A DNA stretch of 13,161 nucleotides from Candidatus Iainarchaeum sp. Lineage in GTDB: Archaea > Iainarchaeota > Iainarchaeia > Iainarchaeales > CSSED10-239. The stretch lies in contig PWLL01000041.1 of the NCBI GenBank assembly GCA_003559395.1, positions 1-13,161 of the forward strand. The letters run 5' to 3'. The notes below the pieces were generated by a model. The model made no database searches, was not told the DNA's origin, and saw only the letters and a list, made by a program, of their open reading frames with translations. Shown in pieces: positions 7,407-13,161 of the stretch (its first letter is position 1; the number at the start of each line of letters is the position of its first letter). Both the position numbers and the translations under genes were made by a program.

Positions 7407-7488
7407 TGCAGAAGGCAGGATTCGAACCTGCGAAGCACTAAGCACTAGGTCCTAAACCTAGCCCCTTTGACCGCTCGGGAACTCCTGC
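7407..7488 (-). tRNA. tRNA-Leu: tRNA-Leu, anticodon UAG, class II (long variable arm), no intron, CCA not encoded
   Basis: Hand-folded from the reverse complement (82 nt). Acceptor GCAGGAG pairs with CTTCTGC (one G-T pair). TT follows, then D stem CCC/GGG with loop GAGCGGTCAAA (contains GG). The anticodon stem is CTAGG/CCTAG with loop TTTAGGA, giving anticodon TAG. The variable region is the 13-nt TGCTTAGTGCTTC. The T stem is GCAGG/CCTGC with canonical loop TTCGAAT, and the discriminator is A. Confidence 0.85.
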
Positions 7489-7552
7489 ATTGTTTTTAGT
7501 AATTAGTATTAATATCTTATAGTGTACAAACATTTATAAACAATATTTAATT

Positions 7553-8020
7553 TTATAAATTTTTTAAAACAAACGAAAGTATTTTTTCAGAAGCTTCTTT
7601 AAATGATGGATAATATTTAACAAGATTTTTAATTTCTTTATCCCATATATTTTTTTTATTTTCTACAGCTTCTACAATTTCTTTTTTATTATATTTTATT
7701 GCAATTGTGTGTTTTTGTGGTATTTGAGTTGAATAACCATAATAATTAAGTGCAGATAAAAAAGATAAATAAGATGAATTTATTATTTGTGTTGCATAAC
7801 ATAAAGCATCTTCTTGTAAAGTGTATTTGCCTTTTTCAATAGTGATTATTTGTTCTTTATTTTTTAATCTTTGAATATAGGTTTCTGGATATTTTATATT
7901 ATAAAAAAGTTTTATGTTTTTGTTTGTGAAAAAAGAAAGCTTTGATAGTTTTTTTGGTTCCATAAATATATTTGATACAATTAATTTGAAAATCCTTCTT
8001 TTTTTATACAAACTGTACAA
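7553..8020 (-). CDS. AbiEi/COG5340-like winged-helix putative transcriptional regulator, short and without a toxin partner
   Basis: IQRLKNKEQIITIEKGKYTL resembles the AbiEi wHTH 'L-x-K-x-G-x-I-x-R-x-x-x-G-x-Y' pattern. SSYLSFLSALNYYGYSTQIPQKHTI resembles the 'SYISxESALSYHGLxxQIP' signature that I recall. The first 19 codons of the track ORF (MYSLYKKRRIFKLIVSNIF) look like an A/T-rich read-through, so ATG 7963 (MEPKKLSKL, 136 aa) is the more plausible start. Confidence 0.45.
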   Translation of the reverse strand: MYSLYKKRRIFKLIVSNIFMEPKKLSKLSFFTNKNIKLFYNIKYPETYIQRLKNKEQIITIEKGKYTLQEDALCYATQIINSSYLSFLSALNYYGYSTQIPQKHTIAIKYNKKEIVEAVENKKNIWDKEIKNLVKYYPSFKEASEKILSFVLKNL

Positions 8021-8066
8021 AATGGCCTACTTGGTTACAAAAAACAAGGATTTTTACAAAAAACAA
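8007..8066. repeat. Phased A-rich direct repeats in the divergent intergenic region: TACAAA at 8007, 8016, 8036 and 8055; exact 13-mer TTACAAAAAACAA at 8035-8047 and 8054-8066
   Basis: Read directly from the sequence. Spacings of 9, 20 and 19 nt keep the copies on roughly one helical face. A degenerate third copy, GGTTATCAAAAATAACAA, starts at 8070. Candidate operator or promoter architecture, but the low-complexity A/T background weakens significance. Confidence 0.35.
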
Positions 8067-8143
8067 ACAGGTTATCAAAAATAACAAACAATTATAAAAA
8101 GTTTGATATACTTATATATTATATAAGAAAAAAAAGATAATTT

Positions 8144-9619
8144 ATGTTACAAAAAAAAGAAAAATTTCAAGAATTTATTTCAACTAAAGCCATATATTTT
8201 CCTTCTGCAGAAATTTATTCTAATAATTTTGCTGGGTTTTATGAATATGGACCACTAGGACAAAAAATAAAACTAAACATTATTGATTTTTGGAGAAAAG
8301 AATTTGTACAAAAAAATGATTTTTTAGAAATTTCTGGTTCTTTGATTCTTCCAAAATCTGTTTTTGAAGCGTCTGGCCATCTTAAAAAGTTTGATGATCC
8401 TATTGCAAGTTGTTCAAAATGTAAACAAGTATTTAAGCTTGATAAACTATTATCAGAAACAACCAATCAAGAAGTTCATGAAAACTTAACTATTGAAGAT
8501 TATGAAAAAATAATTAGAGAAAACAATATTACTTGTACTCTTTGTAATAGTCCTTTAGAAAAAATAACAAGATTTAATCTTATGTCTTCTATAAACGTAG
8601 GCGTCACAGAGGGATCAACAGGTTATCTAAGAGGAGAGACTTGTCAATCTATTTTTGTTGATTTTTTAAGAGTTTATAAGACTTCTAGAAAAACCCTTCC
8701 AATCGGTATTTGTCAACATGGAAAAGTATATAGAAACGAAATTTCTCCAAGACAAGGATTATTAAGATGTAGAGAGTTTGAACAACTAGAATGTGAGTTG
8801 TTTTTTAATCCTAAAAAAATAGATGATGTTGATCTTTCTAATATTTTAGAAAACAAGATAAGGTTTAGGTTATTAAAAGATACAGAAGAAAAAGAATATT
8901 CTATAAAAGAAATTATTGATTCAAAAATTGTTTCTGGTAAGTTGTTGGTTTATTATCTTGATATTTTACAAAAGTTTTTATTAGGTCTTGGTTTTTCTTT
9001 AAAAAACATAAGATTTAGAGAAACTGATGATAAAGAAAAAGCCTTTTATTCAAAACAAACTTTTGATTTAGAGATTTTGTCTGAAAACACATGGGTTGAA
9101 TTATTTTCTTTTAACTATAGAACAGACTATGATCTGTTATGTCATTCAAAAGGTTCAAAAAAAGACTTGTCAGTTTCAGAGGATGGAGATAAATTTGTTC
9201 CGCATGTTCTAGAAATTGCATCTATTGGTTTAGATAGATTATTTTATTTACTTTTAGAAAATAATTTTATAATAAAAGAAATAAATCAAGAGCCTAGAAA
9301 TATTTTATCTTTAAAACCAAAAGTGGCTCCTTATTTTGTTGCAGTTTTACCACTTGTTAAAAAAGATGGCTTGTTAGAAAAAAGTCAAGAGATATATAGT
9401 CATCTTAAAAATATGTCTTTTGATGTTTTTTTTGATGAGAAAGGGTCTATTGGTAAAAGATATGCAAGACTTGATGAGAGTGGATGTTGTTTTTGTTTAA
9501 CTGTTGATCATCAGACTCTAGAAGATAACACAGTAACTATAAGAGATAGAGATACTTTTGAACAAAAAAGAGTTGCTATAAAAGATCTTAAAGAAAAATT
9601 GTTTTCTTTTTACAAATGA
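8144..9619 (+). CDS. glyS: Glycine--tRNA ligase (archaeal/eukaryal alpha2-type class II GlyRS)
   Basis: The N-terminal block is AEIYSNNFAGFYEYGPLGQKIKLNIIDFWRKEFV and motif 2 is YRNEISPRQGLLRCREFEQLECELF. The insertion carries CxxC...CxxC (CSKCKQVF...CTLCNSPL...FNLM) and motif 3 is PHVLEIASIGLDRLFYLLLEN. The C-terminal anticodon-binding domain is VAPYFVAVLPLVKKD...IGKRYARLDESGCCFCLTVD. Confidence 0.93.
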   Translation: MLQKKEKFQEFISTKAIYFPSAEIYSNNFAGFYEYGPLGQKIKLNIIDFWRKEFVQKNDFLEISGSLILPKSVFEASGHLKKFDDPIASCSKCKQVFKLDKLLSETTNQEVHENLTIEDYEKIIRENNITCTLCNSPLEKITRFNLMSSINVGVTEGSTGYLRGETCQSIFVDFLRVYKTSRKTLPIGICQHGKVYRNEISPRQGLLRCREFEQLECELFFNPKKIDDVDLSNILENKIRFRLLKDTEEKEYSIKEIIDSKIVSGKLLVYYLDILQKFLLGLGFSLKNIRFRETDDKEKAFYSKQTFDLEILSENTWVELFSFNYRTDYDLLCHSKGSKKDLSVSEDGDKFVPHVLEIASIGLDRLFYLLLENNFIIKEINQEPRNILSLKPKVAPYFVAVLPLVKKDGLLEKSQEIYSHLKNMSFDVFFDEKGSIGKRYARLDESGCCFCLTVDHQTLEDNTVTIRDRDTFEQKRVAIKDLKEKLFSFYK

Positions 9620-9693
9620 TTTAAAAAACAAAATGTTTAAATATTTTTCTTAAAAATTTTTTTAATTTTTTCTATTCTATAATATTTTATGAG

Positions 9694-10185
9694 GTGATAA
9701 ATATGAAAGAATGGACAATTTTTGATGAAATTAGAAGAATGCAAAGAGATATGGATAAGTTATATGGTGATTTTTTTGGAAATGAAGATTTAGAAAAAGA
9801 ACAACTTTTGTTAAAAGGTTCTGCAAAAGATAATCCTGTGGGTTTAGTTTCAAAAAAAGACTTTTTTAGAACACCAGTTATTAAAACCAACGAAACTAAC
9901 GAGCATCTATTTATAGATGTAGAAGTTCCTGGGGCGAATAAAGAAGATGTTCAATTAAATTTTATAAACAATGGAATAGAAATAAAAGTAGATAAAAAAC
10001 AAGAAGAAAAAAAAGGAGAAGGGAAAGAACAAACATATATAAAACAACAAAACAAATTTTATAGGTTTTTTACATTGCCAGACTATGTAGATTATGAAAA
10101 CATTGATGCAGACTACAAGAATGGAATCGTTTCAATCAAAGTTCCAAAGAAGAAAAAATTTAAAAAGCAAATCCCTATTAAATAA
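9694..10185 (+). CDS. hsp20: Hsp20/alpha-crystallin family small heat-shock protein
   Basis: The alpha-crystallin domain is FIDVEVPGANKEDVQLNFINNGIEIKVDKK...YRFFTLPDYVDYENIDADYKNGIVSIKVPKK. The track start is a GTG inside the SD-like GAGGTGA (9691-9697). ATG 9703 (MKEWTIF), 5 nt after that motif, is the likely start. Confidence 0.88.
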   Translation: MINMKEWTIFDEIRRMQRDMDKLYGDFFGNEDLEKEQLLLKGSAKDNPVGLVSKKDFFRTPVIKTNETNEHLFIDVEVPGANKEDVQLNFINNGIEIKVDKKQEEKKGEGKEQTYIKQQNKFYRFFTLPDYVDYENIDADYKNGIVSIKVPKKKKFKKQIPIK

Positions 10186-10258
10186 TTTCTTTTCTTTTTC
10201 CGATTTTTTTATAAATTGTTTGGGTTCTATAATAAATATATTATAAAGGAGTTTAAAT

Positions 10259-10888
10259 ATGCATACAAAAAAAATAATCATATATGTTTTATGTTTTTTA
10301 ATAATTGTTAGTTTAGTTTTTTTAGTAATAAGATTAAAAGAAGATACAATACTAGAAAAACAATCAACAGATGATCTTCAAGAACATGGTCTTCAAGAAT
10401 CTAATGTAGTTGTCTTAGAAACAACTAAAGGAAATATAGAAATAGAACTTTATCCTGATAAAGCACCAATAACAGTCGCAAACTTTAAAGAATACGTCAA
10501 CTCTGGACACTATGATGGTCTTGTGTTTCATAGAGTGATTAGTGGCTTTATGATACAAGGTGGTGGTTTTATGCCAGATGGAACACAAAGACAAACAAAT
10601 CCATCAATTGTTTTAGAGTCAGAGAATGGTTTATCAAACGATATAGGCACAATAGCTATGGCAAGAACGCTTGAACCAGATTCAGCAACAAGTCAATTTT
10701 TTATAAATACAGAAGATAATATAGGTTTAAATTATTCTCAAGGAAATCCAGGCTATGCTGTTTTTGGAAAAGTAATAGATGGCATGGATGTTGTTTATGA
10801 TATAGAAAGTACAGAAACGATTTCAAAAGCACAACATCAAAATTGGCCAAAAGAAGATATTATTATTGTTAAAGCACATATTAAGTAG
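10259..10888 (+). CDS. Cyclophilin-type peptidyl-prolyl cis-trans isomerase with N-terminal membrane anchor or signal
   Basis: The cyclophilin core is VVLETTKGNIEIELYPDKAPITVANFKEYVNSGHYDGLVFHRVISGFMIQGGGF...GTIAMAR...SATSQFFIN...GYAVFGKVIDGMDVV. It is preceded by a hydrophobic N-terminus, IIIYVLCFLIIVSLVFLVI. AGGAG at 10247-10251 lies 7 nt before the ATG. Confidence 0.9.
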   Translation: MHTKKIIIYVLCFLIIVSLVFLVIRLKEDTILEKQSTDDLQEHGLQESNVVVLETTKGNIEIELYPDKAPITVANFKEYVNSGHYDGLVFHRVISGFMIQGGGFMPDGTQRQTNPSIVLESENGLSNDIGTIAMARTLEPDSATSQFFINTEDNIGLNYSQGNPGYAVFGKVIDGMDVVYDIESTETISKAQHQNWPKEDIIIVKAHIK

Positions 10889-10897
10889 GTAATAAAT

Positions 10898-11083
10898 ATG
10901 GACTGTAAAAAAGAACAAAATCTAAAAAACTGCGCTTGCACTTACGATTGTCCAAGAAAAGGTCTTTGTTGTGAATGTATAAAACATCATAGAGAAAAAA
11001 ACGAACTTCCAGCATGTTATTTTTCAAAAGATCAAGAAAAAACATATGATCGGTCAATAGATTTTTTTATAGAAAACAGATGA
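10898..11083 (+). CDS. Small cysteine-rich protein (8 Cys, 2 His), resembles the roughly 60-aa DUF6485-type family as I recall it
   Basis: Sequence: [61 protein letters not shown]. The spacing pattern is C-x8-C-x-C-x3-C-x5-CC-x-C-x12-C. It lies 9 nt downstream of the PPIase stop on the same strand. The family name is from memory and unverified. Confidence 0.55.
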   Translation: MDCKKEQNLKNCACTYDCPRKGLCCECIKHHREKNELPACYFSKDQEKTYDRSIDFFIENR

Positions 11084-11084
11084 T

Positions 11085-11690
11085 TTATTTTTTTTGACCA
11101 ATTACAAAGATGTGTTTTTTTTCAAAAGGATCTAGTTTTACAAAGTTTATTATTTTAAAATGTTTTTTAAAATTATTTAGTTCTTCATCAACAATTTCTT
11201 TGGGTTTTTTTTGAGAAATGGCTGTTGTTTTAAGACTTAGCATAACATATCCGTTTTCTTTTAAAAAAAGATCTGTGTTTTTCTTAAGAATCTCTATTTG
11301 TTTTTTTTGAGAAACATCTTGAACAATCACATCAACTTTAAAATTTAGTAAGTCTTTGTATTTTTCTGGACGTGTTGCATCTTCTAGTAAAGGAATTATG
11401 TTTTTTCTTTTTTGAGATAATAAATAAAATCTTTGCATACTATGTGCAGAAAAATCAACTCCTATTATTTTTCCTTCAGTAACAATGTCTGAGAGATAAG
11501 AAACAGTATATCCTTCAGCACAACCAAGATATAAAATACAAGATGTTTTTTCTATTGGAAATACTGAAATGTTTTTTTTAAGAGCAGCACAAACTTTTGA
11601 TCTTTTTGGGTCCCAATATCTTTTCTTTTCTGTAAGTAGATCTTTTGTAAAATATTGTTCTTTTTCATTATAAACATTATTAATTTTCAT
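11085..11690 (-). CDS. flpA: Fibrillarin-like rRNA/tRNA 2'-O-methyltransferase (C/D-box RNP catalytic subunit), short and divergent
   Basis: RYWDPKRSKVCAAL matches the RxWNPxRSKLAAAI pattern. ILYLGCAEGYTVSYLSDIV corresponds to canonical LYLGAxxGTTxSHVxDI. Also present are NIIPLLEDATRPEKY, VDVIVQDVSQKKQ (canonical DVAQPxQ) and LDPFEKKHIFVIG. Only 24 aa precede the WDP block. The start overlaps the nop5 stop by 11 nt. Confidence 0.9.
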   Translation of the reverse strand: MKINNVYNEKEQYFTKDLLTEKKRYWDPKRSKVCAALKKNISVFPIEKTSCILYLGCAEGYTVSYLSDIVTEGKIIGVDFSAHSMQRFYLLSQKRKNIIPLLEDATRPEKYKDLLNFKVDVIVQDVSQKKQIEILKKNTDLFLKENGYVMLSLKTTAISQKKPKEIVDEELNNFKKHFKIINFVKLDPFEKKHIFVIGQKK

Positions 11691-12447
11691 TATTATCCCT
11701 ATTGTAATTTTTTATTTTTTTATTTAATTTTTCTTGTAAAGAATCTGCAATATACACGTTATTAATATCAGCTTTTATTGCAAGAGTTATTTTAGAAGCT
11801 AAAGTTCTTGCAAATCTTGCTTTATTTTTTTTAGACAAAGTAATCATTAATGGATGATTATATATTACTCCATACTTAGGTGTTTTTTTATTTTTACGTA
11901 ATGCTAAGAAAAAACTTTTTTCTGAACCTAACAACTGTATGGTTGATGCAGGCATTGATAAAAGTCTTTCAAAAGACCCAGCAATTTCAAGCATTTTACA
12001 AGCAATTGTTGTTTTTGCAATTTCTTTAAAATTTTTATAGTTTTTTTCAAATAGTGTTTCTATATCTTTTAGAATGTTTTCTTTTGTATTTATTAGATCT
12101 AAGATGTTTTTTGCAATTTCTTTAGTTGTTCTTTTTTCATCTTCAGAAAAAGAGATACCTATGTCGTTTGTAAGAATTTCATTAATTTCTTTAGTTTGAG
12201 TAAAGGTTATTTTTTTTTCAAATATAAAATTACAATATTCTTTTATACTTATGTAGCTATCAAGGGTAGGATATTTTCTATCAGTGATTATTCTTAATTG
12301 TTCATATAGTTCATTTATTATTTGTGGAAGCTTGTTAGTTATTTGTGAAAGATAGATTATTCTTTGGTCAGGTGATTCAAGTTGTTTTTTTATGTTTTCT
12401 TTTGTGTGTTTTATAAACGCTTTTTCATTAATTTTTTGTAAATTCAT
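11680..12447 (-). CDS. nop5: Nop5 (Nop56/58-like) C/D-box RNP scaffold protein, N-terminal-domain-less form
   Basis: The Nop domain is MLEIAGSFERLLSMPASTIQLLGSEKSFFLALRKNKKTPKYGVIYNHPLM...ARFARTLASKITLAIKAD. The coiled-coil start, DQRIIYLSQITNKLPQIINELYEQLRIITDRKYPTL, aligns to the DxxIIQAIxALDDxDKxINxLxxRLREWYxxHFPEL block, which in Pyrococcus Nop5 begins near residue 125. An in-frame stop lies 6 codons upstream of the ATG (12466-12468), so no N-terminal extension is possible. Confidence 0.88.
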   Translation of the reverse strand: MNLQKINEKAFIKHTKENIKKQLESPDQRIIYLSQITNKLPQIINELYEQLRIITDRKYPTLDSYISIKEYCNFIFEKKITFTQTKEINEILTNDIGISFSEDEKRTTKEIAKNILDLINTKENILKDIETLFEKNYKNFKEIAKTTIACKMLEIAGSFERLLSMPASTIQLLGSEKSFFLALRKNKKTPKYGVIYNHPLMITLSKKNKARFARTLASKITLAIKADINNVYIADSLQEKLNKKIKNYNRDNNEN

Positions 12448-12591
12448 GTTTTTTTCAGATTTTCTTTATTTTTTTCATAAGGGTTATATTTTTAATATAT
12501 GTTGTTAATATATATATATGGAAGCGAAGTTATTTAAAACATAAATTGTTTAAAAATATATGAAAAAATAAATTTTCAGGACCAGAAAATT

Positions 12592-13161
12592 ATGACCGAA
12601 AATATATTTAATAAAATAAAAGGTTTATTTTCTAATAAAGAAAGTAAAAGAGAAAAAACCAAAAAAGAACATGACATCTTAGTAAACGCCATAGAAAAGC
12701 CTGTTGTTCAAGAGCCAAAAGAAATTATGGTGCCAAACAAAGACACTGCTTTAATTAAAGAAGATAAAGACCCAACACCAGAGAAGCAAGAAATTATTTA
12801 TCCACAAAGAAAAGAAACTGAAGCAAAACCTAAAAAAAACTATAAATCAATTTATCAAAAATATGTTCGAAATCTTTCTGATACAAAAGAACTGTCTTCT
12901 TCTCTATATAGTTTAGATGAAGAAACAGAAAAACCTAAAAAATCAAAATCTAGAGATTTTTCAATTTCTAATATTCAAAAAACTGAAGCAAAAGAATCTC
13001 GTGTAGAAGAACCGCAACATTCTGAATTTCTAAAACCAAAAAAAAATAAAGAAGAATCAAAACCAGTTGAAGAAGAAAAAGAAATGTGTTCTGAAAATAA
13101 AAAAGATTTAGAAAAAGAACCTGAAGAATCTAGAGATTTTTCAATTTCTAATATTCAAAAA
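12592..13161 (+). CDS. Lys/Glu-rich low-complexity repeat protein; N-terminal 190 aa, runs off the window end
   Basis: Absent from the ORF track because there is no stop codon in the window. I hand-translated from ATG 12592 and the frame is open for all 190 codons. Translation begins MTENIFNKIKGLFSNKESKREKTKKEHDILVNAIEKPVVQEPKEIMVPNKDTALIKEDKDPTPEKQEIIYPQRKETEAKPKKNYKSIYQKYVRNLSDTKELSSSLYSLDEETEKPKKSKSRDFSISNIQKTEAKESRVEEPQHSEFLKPKKNKEESKPVEEEKEMCSENKKDLEKEPEESRDFSISNIQK. The F-x-K-I-K-G-L-F N-terminus followed by a charged region is faintly reminiscent of FtsY A-domains; that is only a guess. Confidence 0.55.
   Translation, partial: MTENIFNKIKGLFSNKESKREKTKKEHDILVNAIEKPVVQEPKEIMVPNKDTALIKEDKDPTPEKQEIIYPQRKETEAKPKKNYKSIYQKYVRNLSDTKELSSSLYSLDEETEKPKKSKSRDFSISNIQKTEAKESRVEEPQHSEFLKPKKNKEESKPVEEEKEMCSENKKDLEKEPEESRDFSISNIQK
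12949..13161 (+). repeat. Exact 33-nt direct repeat TCTAGAGATTTTTCAATTTCTAATATTCAAAAA at 12949-12981 and 13129-13161 (period 180 nt = 60 codons), inside the partial CDS
   Basis: Read directly from the sequence. Both copies encode SRDFSISNIQK in the same frame, and the second copy is cut by the window end. A shorter repeat, ACTGAAGCAAAA (TEAK), occurs at 12816-12827 and 12982-12993. Confidence 0.9.

Noticed and set aside
7964-8020. N-terminal 19-codon extension of the AbiEi-like ORF as given in the track
   Set aside because: The extension (MYSLYKKRRIFKLIVSNIF) is low-complexity and overlaps the repeat-bearing promoter region. The internal ATG at 7963 gives a sensible wHTH N-terminus. I kept the track coordinates in the feature but flagged the shorter start.
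7407-8020. Possible integrated element at the tRNA gene (tRNA plus AbiEi-like gene)
   Set aside because: The AbiEi-like gene lies on the 5' side of the tRNA, not at its 3' end, where archaeal integrases usually target. I found no integrase and no second copy of the tRNA 3' half (GGATTCGAACCTGC) elsewhere in the window. The flanks are core housekeeping genes.
8239-8466. 75-aa - strand ORF antisense to glyS
   Set aside because: It overlaps the conserved GlyRS N-terminal motifs and has no recognisable features.
9687-9890. 67-aa - strand ORF antisense to the hsp20 5' region
   Set aside because: It is a shadow of hsp20 and would run into the hsp20 promoter/SD region.
12448-12591. Looked for a C/D-box sRNA next to the nop5-flpA operon, and in the other spacers (586-695, 4533-4724, 7494-7552, 9620-9702)
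   Set aside because: There is no RUGAUGA C box paired with a CUGA D box at sRNA-like spacing on either strand. The only TGATGA strings I saw are inside coding regions (for example within glyS). A covariance or snoscan-type search would be needed to be definitive.
1-13161. Scanned for CRISPR arrays, rRNA, transposase/integrase genes, reverse transcriptase with template/variable repeat pairs (DGR) and in-frame stop recoding
   Set aside because: There are no regularly spaced repeats and no large structured-RNA-sized gaps; the largest spacer is about 190 nt and nearly pure A/T. No ORF has such motifs. All conserved genes read through with the standard code.

Overview
Very AT-rich, extremely gene-dense segment. 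I infer a chromosomal region of a small-genome archaeon, possibly DPANN-like. The basis is a set of archaea-type housekeeping genes: a Nop5 + fibrillarin C/D-box RNP pair, Pus10, an Ogg2-type 8-oxoguanine glycosylase and an archaeal/eukaryal-type GlyRS. Proteins are short, gene ends overlap or abut, and several starts are preceded by Shine-Dalgarno-like GAGGTGA or AGGAG motifs. I call 16 protein-coding genes; two are cut by the window edges and so are missing from the ORF track. I also call one class II tRNA-Leu(UAG), one hairpin between rbr and dfx, and two small repeat sets. I saw no CRISPR array, transposase, integrase, rRNA or clear prophage signature, and most of the window is ordinary housekeeping. 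Five things deserve a second look. (1) An unrecognisable, translationally coupled pair at 2173-4532: a cytoplasmic coiled-coil protein plus a single-pass surface protein, in a surface-themed neighbourhood with a secreted Gly-rich protein and a Wzx-like flippase. (2) A Nop5 that lacks the entire N-terminal fibrillarin-binding domain, paired with a shortened, motif-divergent fibrillarin. (3) A tightly packed rbr-dfx-ogg oxidative-damage cluster. (4) A tRNA-Leu only 17 nt upstream of the tRNA-modifying pus10. (5) An orphan AbiEi-like wHTH gene next to helically phased A-rich repeats. I cannot show from sequence alone that any of these is a new system; the functional readings are inference.
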